Source: Desulfobacteraceae bacterium
Lineage (GTDB): Bacteria > Desulfobacterota > Desulfobacteria > Desulfobacterales > SpSt-501
Length of the DNA stretch: 35,524 bases
Reading direction: 5' to 3'
Assembly (NCBI GenBank): GCA_041310895.1
Contig: JBFYWT010000002.1
Coordinates: forward strand, 1-35,524
Shown piece after piece: positions 24,179 to 32,550 of the stretch (the first letter of the stretch is position 1; every line of letters starts with the position of its first letter). The notes below the pieces were generated by a model. It was not told where the DNA came from, searched no databases, and saw nothing but the letters and a program-made list of their open reading frames with translations. Both the position numbers and the translations under genes were made by a program.

Positions 24179-25066
24179 ATGCCTAAAAAGTCCCCCCGCA
24201 AATGTATTTTTCCTTCCGCCGCGGAAGATGCCCGTCATGCCGGGCTGAAGGCCGAGGCGGACTACTTGCTCTCGACCAGCTACCGGCTTGCGTTTCAGGA
24301 CCCGGATTTCCTGCTCAAAGACGAGCTCCGCCCCGTGAGGCTGCAGTTGGAGTTGCTGAAACCCGAGCTGGCCCTCCAAGAAAAAGGCGTCGAGTCCGCG
24401 GTGGTAGTCTTCGGCAGCGCGCGCTTCCTCGAACCGCCGGCGGCTGCCGCCCGGATGAAGGAGGCGCGCGCCGAATTGAGCCGGGACGAAGGCAACCCCG
24501 ACCTGCAGCTGAAATTGAAGCAGGCCGAACGAGCACTTTCGGGCAGTCGCTACTACGAGGAGGCACGCCGGCTGGGGTACCTGATCGGCCGCCACTCGGA
24601 CAACCGCCACCAGGTGGTGACGACCGGTGGTGGACCGGGCGTCATGGAAGCGGCCAATCGCGGTGCTCACGAGGCGGGGGGGCTGAGCATCGGCATGAAC
24701 ATTGTGCTGCCTCACGAGCAGTACCCCAACCCCTACATCACTCCGGAGCTCAACTTCCAGTTTCACTACTTTGCGATCCGGAAGATGCACCTGCTGATGC
24801 GCGCCAAGTGCCTGGTGGCCTTTCCCGGCGGGTTCGGCACCCTGGATGAGCTTTTTGAAACCCTGACCTTGATCCAGACCGGTAAAATCCGCAGAATTCC
24901 CGTGTTGCTCTTCGGCCGGCAGTTCTGGGAGCGGGTGATCGATTTTCAGGCATTGGTGGACGAGGGCACCATCTCAGCGGCGGACCTATCGCTTTTCAGT
25001 TTTGTCGAAACGGCGGAAGAGGCCTGGGAGATTGTCCGTGCCGAAGGCGACAGGTATGCGGAGTAA
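24179..25066 (+). CDS. LOG-family (TIGR00730-type, lysine-decarboxylase-like) nucleotide phosphoribohydrolase with an N-terminal extension
   Basis: 295 aa. VVVFGSAR, TGGGPGVMEAANRGA, PGGFGTLDELFE, LxQTGKI...PVxLFG..FW. GAGGA RBS 6 nt upstream. Confidence 0.8.
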   Translation: MPKKSPRKCIFPSAAEDARHAGLKAEADYLLSTSYRLAFQDPDFLLKDELRPVRLQLELLKPELALQEKGVESAVVVFGSARFLEPPAAAARMKEARAELSRDEGNPDLQLKLKQAERALSGSRYYEEARRLGYLIGRHSDNRHQVVTTGGGPGVMEAANRGAHEAGGLSIGMNIVLPHEQYPNPYITPELNFQFHYFAIRKMHLLMRAKCLVAFPGGFGTLDELFETLTLIQTGKIRRIPVLLFGRQFWERVIDFQALVDEGTISAADLSLFSFVETAEEAWEIVRAEGDRYAE

Positions 25067-25169
25067 GGCCGGCCGGAAATTTTCACAAGGCGTGTAATCC
25101 GGAGGGGCTCTCTTTTCGTCATATCACAATGAGATGCCAAGAGACTCGCACGTGCGGGGATAGACGCAA

Positions 25170-25844
25170 ATGAAACTCAGCCATTGGATTGCCGGCCTGA
25201 TCGCGCTCCTTGCCCTTGCCACACCCTCTTTCGGCGACATCTACCGGTGGAAAGGCGCCGACGGGGTGGTTCATTTTTCCAACCAGCCGCCCCCGCCCGG
25301 GGTCATCGTCATCGAGACGATCGAAGAGGCGCCCTATGACGCGGAATCGGACCGCCGCCGCCAGGAAGAGGACCGCCGGGTGCGGCAGGAGTTCGAAAAG
25401 CGGACGATCGAGGAGCGCCAGGCCGCCCTTGCCGCCCGCGAGCGTGAAGCGCAGTTCAAACTGCAGGAGGCCGAGCGCCTGCTGGACGAGTCACGGCAGG
25501 CGGCCGAGCAGGATGAGAATTGCGACGATGACTATTTTTTCCGGTTCGGCAGCTGCGGGTCCGGACTGATCATCCAGCGCCATTCCGGCCGCTCCGGCCC
25601 CCGCGATCTTTACCGCGGGGTCTACCGCGACAACAACAACCTCTATTACGAGCGACCCGGCCACCGGCCCCGGCCCGGCACCCCCCCGCACCCGGGTACC
25701 AAGCCGGCTCCCGGCGACCCGTCCCGCCCCAAGCCGCGTGATGCGAAATCCGCCGCCCGGAGCGGAAAAGCGCCTTCCGCGACCGGCGAGCCCGAGAACC
25801 CCCTTCCGTCCGCTCCCGCCCCGGACCCGCCCCGGCGAAAGTAA
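25170..25844 (+). CDS. DUF4124 domain protein with a charged coiled-coil middle and a Pro-rich tail
   Basis: 224 aa with a signal peptide, then DIYRWKGADGVVHFSNQPPP (DUF4124 signature), an RRQEEDRRVRQEFEKR..EERQ helix and a PGHRPRPGTPPHPGTKPAPGDPSRPKP tail. Confidence 0.7.
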   Translation: MKLSHWIAGLIALLALATPSFGDIYRWKGADGVVHFSNQPPPPGVIVIETIEEAPYDAESDRRRQEEDRRVRQEFEKRTIEERQAALAAREREAQFKLQEAERLLDESRQAAEQDENCDDDYFFRFGSCGSGLIIQRHSGRSGPRDLYRGVYRDNNNLYYERPGHRPRPGTPPHPGTKPAPGDPSRPKPRDAKSAARSGKAPSATGEPENPLPSAPAPDPPRRK

Positions 25845-25864
25845 GGAACTCCTCTCGCAGGAGG

Positions 25865-26830
25865 TCAGAAGAGGGCGGGCTGGCCCCCTTGGGCATTCTT
25901 GAGAGCGGCGTTGAACAGGTCCACCCGGCGTTTCAAGGCTTCGATCGCATCCGGATGCGCCAGTTTCCAGCGGTAGAGCTCGTTTTGGAGGAGTTGGCCC
26001 TCTTGCGCCAAAGCCTGGATGAGCTGATCCCGTGCCGGCTCCCACAGCAGGTAGGTCTCCTCCGGCAGGAGGCCGACCCGTCGGAAATGCCAGCGGCAGT
26101 AAGCCCGCCACCAAAGGGATTCCGCCTCGGCGTTGGCGACGGAGCCCTCGTAGTAGAAAAGGGACCATTCCAGCTGGTGCAGGGGGATGTGCAGGTCACG
26201 GGCGACGTCTTTCAGCGCGCGCTTGCCCTCGGCGGTATGCCGGTCGAACACCACCCAGAACGGGAACCCCTCTTCAAGGGGCGGGGCCGGCTGAACGGCG
26301 GGGGGACGTGTGGTAAGGGCAAGGTAGGCCGCTGCCATGGCGACCGCGCGGTCATGCGGCCGGCCCGAGTCCCGAAAGCGAAACGCGTTATCGATCAAGG
26401 CCTTTTGATCTCGGCCGGCCTCATGCTCCGCGGCCCAGTTCCAGAACCCGGCCGGGTGCCGTATCGCCCGGGCCAGCCAGCGCAGCGGCTTTTCGTCGGA
26501 ACGCCCGTCCAGTAAGGTGGTGTCCCCTTTGTCCAGCGCATAGGCGAGCAACCCCAGACCGGTGGCGTCCCGGTTTTTCTGATGGACCGCCAACCGGATG
26601 AGTGCGGCGACTTTGCTGTGGATCCCTTTGGTGAACAGCAGCTCGGCGCCGAGCGGCCAACACTCGGCATAGACGATCGCAGCCGTGCGGGCTTCAAACC
26701 ACCCCGCCGCGTCGGACCCCATGCTTTCGATCAGCGCACTGGTGGTGAAGACCCATTCCGGGCAGCCCCGCCGTGCCGCCTTGTGCAGCAGCGAGCGGTA
26801 GCGTTCATCGACACGGAATCCCGCTTTCAT
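25865..26830 (-). CDS. Hypothetical protein (all-helical; weak resemblance to the C-terminal helical domain of RarA/MgsA-type proteins, no ATPase module)
   Basis: 321-aa ORF with GC-rich third positions and Trp-rich motifs (WWRAYCRWHF, FWNWAAEHE). I recognise no confident family. Confidence 0.6.
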   Translation of the reverse strand: MKAGFRVDERYRSLLHKAARRGCPEWVFTTSALIESMGSDAAGWFEARTAAIVYAECWPLGAELLFTKGIHSKVAALIRLAVHQKNRDATGLGLLAYALDKGDTTLLDGRSDEKPLRWLARAIRHPAGFWNWAAEHEAGRDQKALIDNAFRFRDSGRPHDRAVAMAAAYLALTTRPPAVQPAPPLEEGFPFWVVFDRHTAEGKRALKDVARDLHIPLHQLEWSLFYYEGSVANAEAESLWWRAYCRWHFRRVGLLPEETYLLWEPARDQLIQALAQEGQLLQNELYRWKLAHPDAIEALKRRVDLFNAALKNAQGGQPALF

Positions 26831-26970
26831 AGGATCGGTAGGGCGGTTGAGGGCCTTTTACCCCGCCCTCTTCAACCTGCTGGGTGTAAATCGGCGAGGA
26901 ACCCGGTGGGAGACGGATGGCGGAGGAGCGGCTCTGTGTAACGTTTCGTTTGCCGTTGTCTCTTCACTAT

Positions 26971-27124
26971 TGCCGCGGATCTGAATAGCGGCATCCAACC
27001 CTGGGCAATCTTTTTAACCTCCTTTTGAGATTGTCCAGGCCGCACTGCCACTGTAAAGTGGTTTGTTCTCTCCTCCTCTCCTCAAGGGGCGGGCGTCCGC
27101 TTGGACCCCGCCCCTTAATTTTTA
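26971..27124 (+). ncRNA. Candidate small RNA: three stem-loops, a CU-rich tract and an intrinsic terminator in a gene-free region (strand assignment tentative)
   Basis: Hairpins at 26971-26993 (TGCCGC/GCGGCA), 27000-27039 (12-bp stem; the loop contains CCUCC) and 27048-27061 (CCACU-GUAA-AGUGG). CU tract UUCUCUCCUCCUCUCCUC at 27066-27083. Terminator at 27084-27124. No credible CDS on either strand. Confidence 0.3.
27084..27124 (+). terminator. Rho-independent terminator (plus-strand orientation)
   Basis: AAGGGGCGGG (27084-27093), 13-nt loop, CCCGCCCCTT (27107-27116), then AATTTTTA. The T-run is on the plus strand only. Confidence 0.5.
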
Positions 27125-27225
27125 CCACGCGATGGGTACCCGCATCGACGCGAACCCCTTCCCCCTTGCTCTTCCCACAAGCTCAGGGAAATGGGCCGGG
27201 CATCGGGGTCAGTGGTTCATGCGTT

Positions 27226-27657
27226 TCATTCGCACACTTCTTTTTCAGCGCTGACCCCGCTCTTGAGCAAGTCCTCAAAGGTGATCTGATTGAGACGCGA
27301 AAACATCGCGCGGGAGGCTTCCATCCACACGAAGCGCGTGACGCACGCGTCGATGCGCTTGCAGTGATCGAAATTTTTTGAGCACCCGGTGAAAAAAGCA
27401 CCGCCCTCCAACAACGCCACGATCTCTCCAACCGTAATCTTCTCGGGGGGGCGGGCTAAGATGTGCCCCCCCTTCGATCCGCGAAAGCTTTGAATGTAGG
27501 CGGCGCGCTTGAGAGGGCGAATGATCTGCTCGAGGTATTTCAGAGAGATCGCTTGGCGCCGGGCGATTTCACCGAGCTGGATCGGGCCTTTACCGTAGTT
27601 CTGAGCCATATCCAAAATCAGGCGCGTGCCGTAGCGGCTGCGGGTGGAAAGCTTCAT
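27226..27657 (-). CDS. Rrf2-family transcriptional regulator (IscR/NsrR-like, three-Cys cluster-ligand motif)
   Basis: Start at MKLSTRSRYGTRLILDMAQNYGKGPIQLGEIA..Q.IS.KYLEQI...L (ATG 27657; the track ORF starts 54 nt further upstream). C-terminal GCSKNFDHCKRIDAC. Confidence 0.85.
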   Translation of the reverse strand: MKLSTRSRYGTRLILDMAQNYGKGPIQLGEIARRQAISLKYLEQIIRPLKRAAYIQSFRGSKGGHILARPPEKITVGEIVALLEGGAFFTGCSKNFDHCKRIDACVTRFVWMEASRAMFSRLNQITFEDLLKSGVSAEKEVCE

Positions 27658-27726
27658 GAAAAGACTCCGTTGAGTGAAATTCGCTGAATTCCAGCCTGGG
27701 GCGGACAACACCGTATAGAATTTCCT

Positions 27727-28557
27727 TCAACCCGTCAAGCGGGAAAGGCCGTCCTTGACCTTGCTCCAGCCGTGAGCCGCGAGCTCCGCCACCTGCTGGA
27801 TAAGCGGTTTGCGGATTCGGACCTCCAGAAAGAGATTTCCGTCGCGCCCGCCGCGGCGGCCGGTCTCACCCATGCCGGTCAGTCGGATACGCTGGCCTGC
27901 GCGGACGCCGGGAGGGATGCGGACGATCAGCTTTCTGGAGCCTTGCCGCCGGAAATAGGCATAGGGGCCCCCGCTTGCGGCGAGAGCGGCCGGGAGCGTG
28001 ATGCGATCGTGGATGTCGGCGCCGTCGGCGGGCAGCCGGCCTCGGCCGAAACCCTGCAGCGCCCGCCGCGCGATGCCTGCAAAAAGTCCTGCCGCCGGGG
28101 CCCCGAGGCCGCTAGGCCGCATGGGACGGCCGAAGCCGAACACCCGGACCTTGATGCCGGGGCGCTTGAACTCGAACCCCTGGTAGGATTGGCCGTAGAC
28201 GTCCCGGAATATCTCATCCACCCCCCGGACGCCGAAGGCCCGGGCCATCTCCTCGAACACGGCGTTGATGTCCGACCCGCTGAAGATGTCCCGCTCGGTG
28301 CGGTGGCTACGGTAGCGCGACTGGGCGGTGGAGCCGAACTGCATCCGCAGCGCATCGTACTCCCGGCGCTGGGCCGGGTTGGATAAAACGGCGTAGGCTT
28401 CATTCACACGCTTCATGGCCTCGACCGCCGCGGGGTTGTCGCGGTTGCGGTCGGGGTGATGCGCGAAGGCCATGCGCCGGTAAGCCTCCTTGATCTCCTT
28501 CGCCGTGGCCTGGGCGGAAACACCCAGAACGGAATAATAGTCGTCCGTGGACGTCAT
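27727..28557 (-). CDS. J-domain protein (DnaJ/CbpA-like, lacking the Zn-finger region)
   Basis: 276 aa. DYYSVLGVS..AT..EIK.AYR..A...HPDRN........M..VNEAY.VLS.P..R..YD. C-terminal DnaJ-CTD-like G.RIRL.G.GE.G..GG..G.L.LEV. Confidence 0.8.
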   Translation of the reverse strand: MTSTDDYYSVLGVSAQATAKEIKEAYRRMAFAHHPDRNRDNPAAVEAMKRVNEAYAVLSNPAQRREYDALRMQFGSTAQSRYRSHRTERDIFSGSDINAVFEEMARAFGVRGVDEIFRDVYGQSYQGFEFKRPGIKVRVFGFGRPMRPSGLGAPAAGLFAGIARRALQGFGRGRLPADGADIHDRITLPAALAASGGPYAYFRRQGSRKLIVRIPPGVRAGQRIRLTGMGETGRRGGRDGNLFLEVRIRKPLIQQVAELAAHGWSKVKDGLSRLTG

Positions 28558-28616
28558 GGGTTGGCTGCCTTAGTGTATAGTTAAAAATAAACATTTAACG
28601 ATAAGACGGAGGGCCA

Positions 28617-28790
28617 GTGAAAGAAACGCCAGAGACAACATGCCCCGGAGTGGATTTCAAATGCCCTGAATGCCGGCGCCCGCTGAGTGTCCCCCGGACC
28701 CGGGCCGATGCGGGGCAGGTGCTCGTTTGCGGCGGCTGCGGGCGGCGCTTTGAATGCGACGAGCTGCCGCCGGCGCCGCCAAAAGGCTGA
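28617..28790 (+). CDS. Small zinc-ribbon protein (57 aa), hypothetical
   Basis: My own translation from GTG 28617: VKETPETTCPGVDFKCPECRRPLSVPRTRADAGQVLVCGGCGRRFECDELPPAPPKG*. CPEC..(17)..CGGC pattern. GGAGGG lies just upstream, but the spacing is only 3 nt. Below the size cutoff of the ORF track. Confidence 0.35.
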   Translation: MKETPETTCPGVDFKCPECRRPLSVPRTRADAGQVLVCGGCGRRFECDELPPAPPKG

Positions 28791-28950
28791 ACCCGTTTGC
28801 GACGACCGCAGGGGCCGATTCCTGAATCTCCCTGCCGCCCCTGTCAGAAATCCATTGCGGCACCCCTTTAACGTTGGACTGAAACGCCTCGAAGGAGTGC
28901 GGGGGATATTACCGGACACGCAGGGCCTGCAATCCCCTAATAGTCTGAGG

Positions 28951-29529
28951 TCATGCGATACGCCCTGTGACTGCAAAATGCGAGATCACAAGCCAGGCAC
29001 GCGCATCGAATTTTAATGATGGGTCGCTGCAAAGGCGCTTTGCCTCCTCGGGCGAGACGAACATCACCGCGATCTGCTCCGTGGGCTCCTGCGACCCGAG
29101 GCCGGGTTCGCCGTCGCATTCGACAAAGACCATGCAGACCGATTCATCGGTCATGCCGGCGGATGAATAAAGAGGCGGGCTGGTGTCCAGAACGCGGGCC
29201 ACCGAAAGTCCGGTTTCTTCCCTGAGCTCCCGGCGGGCCGCCTGTTCGATGCTCTCGCCGGCGTCCACGAGTCCTGCCGGAAACCCGTATTCGTCGCCCG
29301 CAAGGGTCACCCGGAATTCGCGGATGACCACCAGCTTCTTGCGGCTGCGGTGGTACGCCGCGATGATCACGGCATCCGGGGATTCGAACCGGCCGGTCGC
29401 GCAGCGCGGCGACGGGCGGCGGGTGGCGAGGGTCCATGAGCGCGGTTTAGGGTCCTTGAGGCGGTAGGTGGCCCGAAACAGATTCAACCACGGCGCGTCG
29501 GTCAGCTTTTCCACCCCGATGATCTTCAT
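28951..29529 (-). CDS. NUDIX hydrolase (ADP-ribose pyrophosphatase-like)
   Basis: Start at MKIIGVEKL (ATG 29529). Complete Nudix box GLVDAGESIEQAARRELREETGL. Confidence 0.8.
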   Translation of the reverse strand: MKIIGVEKLTDAPWLNLFRATYRLKDPKPRSWTLATRRPSPRCATGRFESPDAVIIAAYHRSRKKLVVIREFRVTLAGDEYGFPAGLVDAGESIEQAARRELREETGLSVARVLDTSPPLYSSAGMTDESVCMVFVECDGEPGLGSQEPTEQIAVMFVSPEEAKRLCSDPSLKFDARAWLVISHFAVTGRIA

Positions 29530-29684
29530 GGCCAGCCTCCACGGCCAGTCGTAGCGGAGGGCCCGGCCGTTGTCAACACACCGCGGGTGGGGGGCGTTGA
29601 TGAGAGTCAAGTTTTGGCCGAAGCGGCCGATAGTTACTCAATCGAGAACTCTTCGAAACTTCCCGGTCAGTCGGGTCTACTTCA

Positions 29685-29755
29685 TGTGGCAGCGGCATCT
29701 CGCCCGGGCCGAATCGTGGCTGGGAGCCACTCCCACAAGGACTAACCTGCTTGAC
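29685..29755 (+). repeat. Copy 2 of the ~52-nt palindromic element
   Basis: TGTGGCAGCGGCATCTCGCCCGGGCCGAATCGTGGCTGGGAGCCACTCCCACA plus flank. The right half ATCGTGGCTGGGAGCCACTCCCACAA matches copy 1 at 25 of 26 positions. Same orientation as copy 1. Confidence 0.7.
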
Positions 29756-29815
29756 ACTAACGCGCCGCGCCATGAGGCGTTAATCGCCGTGCCGGCATAA
29801 TCGCCACCGGTTAGG

Positions 29816-30355
29816 ATGCGAATGGCTCCAGTTCGAAACAACACAGCGGCGGCGAGCCTCAAGAACAGGGATAGCCTGGATGCCGCCGGTGAAAAACGCT
29901 CCCCGGTCGAGCGCCGGCAAAGCGCCTTCCCCGCCCTGCGATATGTTTTCTTCGGCGGCCGACGGCGTGGGGTACGCCGCGCCGAGGACCGCTGGCAGAT
30001 CGTCATTCTGGACCACTACCCCACCGGGCTGTTCGCGGTCATTGTCGGTATCCTGCTTCTGAGCCTCACCGATGCCTTTCTGACCCTCAATCTGATCGAA
30101 CACGGCGCCACCGAGATCAACCCCGTCATGAACTATTTCCTCGGTAAAGGCCCCACCGTCTTCACCCTCGTCAAGTACGCGATCACCAGCGCGGCGGTGA
30201 TCATTTTCGTCCTGGTCCGCAACAGCGTCATCCGCGGAAGCCGTTTCCAGACCCAGCGCCTTTTCACCTTCGCGCTGGTTTGTTTTGGGATCGCCGTGGT
30301 CTGGCAGTTCGTGTTGATTTTCATGACATCCTGTCGCAGTATGCTTCCGTGTTGA
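29816..30355 (+). CDS. DUF5658-family membrane protein
   Basis: 179 aa. Arg-rich N-terminus (ERRQSAF...GGRRRGVRRAEDR), then TM helices carrying SLTDAFLTL.LIEHGATEINPVMNYFL and LVKY, as I recall for DUF5658. Confidence 0.6.
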   Translation: MRMAPVRNNTAAASLKNRDSLDAAGEKRSPVERRQSAFPALRYVFFGGRRRGVRRAEDRWQIVILDHYPTGLFAVIVGILLLSLTDAFLTLNLIEHGATEINPVMNYFLGKGPTVFTLVKYAITSAAVIIFVLVRNSVIRGSRFQTQRLFTFALVCFGIAVVWQFVLIFMTSCRSMLPC

Positions 30356-30359
30356 AGGC

Positions 30360-30509
30360 GGCCCGGAGGCGGGCCACTTGCTGAGTCAACGACCACCCGC
30401 AAAGCGGGTGGCTTGGATTTTCGGCCGTAAGCCGAAAAGGCAAAAGCACGCTAGTGCGTCACTCGTTGCACGTGAAACCGCGTGCATCGCACGCGGTTTG
30501 AAAACACGT
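30360..30509 (+). promoter_or_regulatory. Array of four consecutive GC-rich stem-loops in the spacer upstream of the radical SAM gene
   Basis: GGCCCG-gagg-CGGGCC (30360-30375). CCACCCGC-aaa-GCGGGTGG (30393-30411). TTTTCGGC-cgtaa-GCCGAAAA (30418-30438). AAACCGCGTGC-atc-GCACGCGGTTT (30475-30499), extended by ACGTG/CACGT (30470-30474 / 30505-30509). Confidence 0.4.
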
Positions 30510-30531
30510 AATCACACGGGTAAGGATGCTC

Positions 30532-32448
30532 ATGACGCGCGTACTGCTGACCCAGCTGCCGATCCCCCGCCAGAACTTCGCCCGAAGGACCGGCAACATC
30601 CCCCTGGGGGCCGCCTGTCTGAAGCAGGCGGCGCGGGAGCTGCCCGGCGTGGCGATCGAGATCCTGCCCGAGAGCCAGGTGTCCTACCTCGGGGATGCCG
30701 CCCTTGCTGCTCTCATCCGCGCCGCACGCCCCGATGTGATAGGTTTCAGTGTGTTCAGCTGGAACATCGAGAGAAGTCTCTACGCGGCCGAGCAACTGAA
30801 GGCGGTGCTTCCCTCGGCCCGTATTGTTTTCGGCGGCCCCGAGGTCACCCCTGACAACCCCCTGGTGCGCTCCCCGCATGTGGACTTTCGTGTCTTCGGC
30901 GAGGGGGAGCAGGTGTTTCGCCGGCTGCTGACGGAGCCCGGTTTTTGGGCACAGGGGCATGCCGTCGAGAGCGCCGCGGAGATCTTCCGCCGCGCACGCA
31001 GCCCATATATGGACGCTCTGCTTGAGCCGGCCGTCGAGCATTTGATGCTGCTCGAAACCCAGCGCGGATGCCCTTACCGCTGCGGCTTCTGCTACTACAA
31101 CAAGTCCCGGCACGGGCTGGCCACCGCGGCGCCGGAAAACCTGCTTGAAGCCGTCCGCTGGGCGATGGCGCACGATGTGGGGGAGGTCTACCTGCTGGAC
31201 CCCTCTCTTAATTCGCGGCCGGACCTCCGCGAATTGCTGGCTGCGATCGCCCGGCTCAACGCGGAAAAGTCTCTTCGCTTCATCAGCGAAATCCGGGCCG
31301 AGGCGATTGACGAGGGCCTGGCCGACCTGCTGGCGGCAGCCGGTTTCACCTGGTTCGAAATCGGCCTGCAGAGCACCAATCCCCAGGCGCTCAAGATCAT
31401 GAGCCGGCCGACCCGCCTGGACCGGTTTCTCCGGGGGGTCGAGCGCCTCAAGCGGCGGCGGATCACCCCCAGCATCGACCTCATCATCGGACTGCCGGGC
31501 GATGACCTCGCCGGGTTCATGCGCAGCGTGGATTTCGTGGCCGCTCACGATTTATCGGAGGACGTGCAGATATTTCCGCTTGCGGTCCTGCCCGGCACCC
31601 GCTTCCGGCGCCGTCGCCGCGAGCTGGGCCTGCGCTGCGAGGCCCACCCGCCCTACACGGTCACTGCCACCCCATCTTTTTCCCCGGAGGACTTTCTCCT
31701 GGCCTACGATTATGCCGAAACCCGCCTGGACACGGTGTTCTTCCCGCTGCCCGATCTGGAGGTGTGCTGGCGGCAGGGGGCCGGCCGTGATTTTCGCAAG
31801 GCTGCCGACCTCAGGGTGCGCCTGGGGGAGATCGAATGTGTAGCCAAGCTGGTGCTGAACCGTGTGCGGCCGGAGGAGGAGATCCGCCGCCTGGCGCGCC
31901 GGCTCACCCAGCCCTACCAGGTGCTGGTGGGACCGGGATTGCGGGATTTCGGGCACCTTGTGCGGACCCTTCGGACCACCACCGCCGAAAACCCTTTTAC
32001 GCCCTTCGAAGTGGTCTTTTTCGAGCCGGCTGAGCTTCCCCGGACTTCGGAGTTCCTGAACGTGTTGAACCTGCGCCGCCCGCACTTTCTGGACGGGGAT
32101 CTGCGGTATCTGTTCCCGCAGCCCGGAAACCGGGCGGTCCTCTTCACGCTGGTGTCCGCCGATCGGCGGGCGCGCTTCCGGGGCGACATGCAGCGCCAGG
32201 TTTACTGGTGGCAGGGGCGGAGGCTGCCCTCACTGCAAGAGCTCGCGGAGCTGGGCGATCTGGACGGGGTCTTGATCGACAGCCCGGTGCCGTTCGAAGC
32301 GGTGTGCGCCTGGCAGGATGCGGTCGGGCCGTCGGCCGCCGAGGAGTTTCACATCGGCTTTGGCGAGGCGGCGCTGCAGGCGCGCTGGCTGCTGCGCACC
32401 TGCCCGGATGAGTACGTCGGGACGGTCACGGGATGGAAGGTTGATTAG
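30532..32448 (+). CDS. B12-binding-domain radical SAM enzyme with a long C-terminal extension (DUF4080-like architecture)
   Basis: Preferred start is ATG 30532 (AAGGA 5 nt upstream); the track start is 30526. N-terminal Rossmann-like B12-binding region (PDVIGFSVF.WN......A..LK...P...IVFGGPEV). CPYRCGFCYY CxxxCxxC motif at 31069-31092. About 250 aa follow the radical SAM core. Confidence 0.85.
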   Translation: MTRVLLTQLPIPRQNFARRTGNIPLGAACLKQAARELPGVAIEILPESQVSYLGDAALAALIRAARPDVIGFSVFSWNIERSLYAAEQLKAVLPSARIVFGGPEVTPDNPLVRSPHVDFRVFGEGEQVFRRLLTEPGFWAQGHAVESAAEIFRRARSPYMDALLEPAVEHLMLLETQRGCPYRCGFCYYNKSRHGLATAAPENLLEAVRWAMAHDVGEVYLLDPSLNSRPDLRELLAAIARLNAEKSLRFISEIRAEAIDEGLADLLAAAGFTWFEIGLQSTNPQALKIMSRPTRLDRFLRGVERLKRRRITPSIDLIIGLPGDDLAGFMRSVDFVAAHDLSEDVQIFPLAVLPGTRFRRRRRELGLRCEAHPPYTVTATPSFSPEDFLLAYDYAETRLDTVFFPLPDLEVCWRQGAGRDFRKAADLRVRLGEIECVAKLVLNRVRPEEEIRRLARRLTQPYQVLVGPGLRDFGHLVRTLRTTTAENPFTPFEVVFFEPAELPRTSEFLNVLNLRRPHFLDGDLRYLFPQPGNRAVLFTLVSADRRARFRGDMQRQVYWWQGRRLPSLQELAELGDLDGVLIDSPVPFEAVCAWQDAVGPSAAEEFHIGFGEAALQARWLLRTCPDEYVGTVTGWKVD

Positions 32449-32481
32449 CGCCTGCACCGAAGGCGAGCCCCAGCCGCTGGG

Positions 32482-32509
32482 TTGACGCGGGGGCGATCGA
32501 AATTATCAT
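32482..32509 (+). promoter_or_regulatory. Candidate sigma-70 promoter for the FmdB-family gene
   Basis: TTGACG (32482-32487), 16 nt, TATCAT (32504-32509). Confidence 0.3.
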
Positions 32510-32550
32510 TCTGCGCGGAACACCCTACTCCGTACATCAGAGGTTGACCC

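Noticed and set aside
23821-24186. 121-aa plus-strand ORF, and a 39-aa minus-strand ORF (MQSSSQQWLRELVGEDARASEKFEVYCYKFHATRIENIF), in the ADH/LOG spacer.
   Set aside because: AT-rich region with atypical codon usage, no RBS and no recognisable motifs. It is better explained as a regulatory spacer.
27025-27381. 118-aa plus-strand ORF, and other short ORFs, across the 26831-27225 spacer.
   Set aside because: The ORF runs through hairpins and the terminator and into the antisense of the Rrf2 gene. Its sequence is low complexity. The region is treated as non-coding RNA or leader instead.
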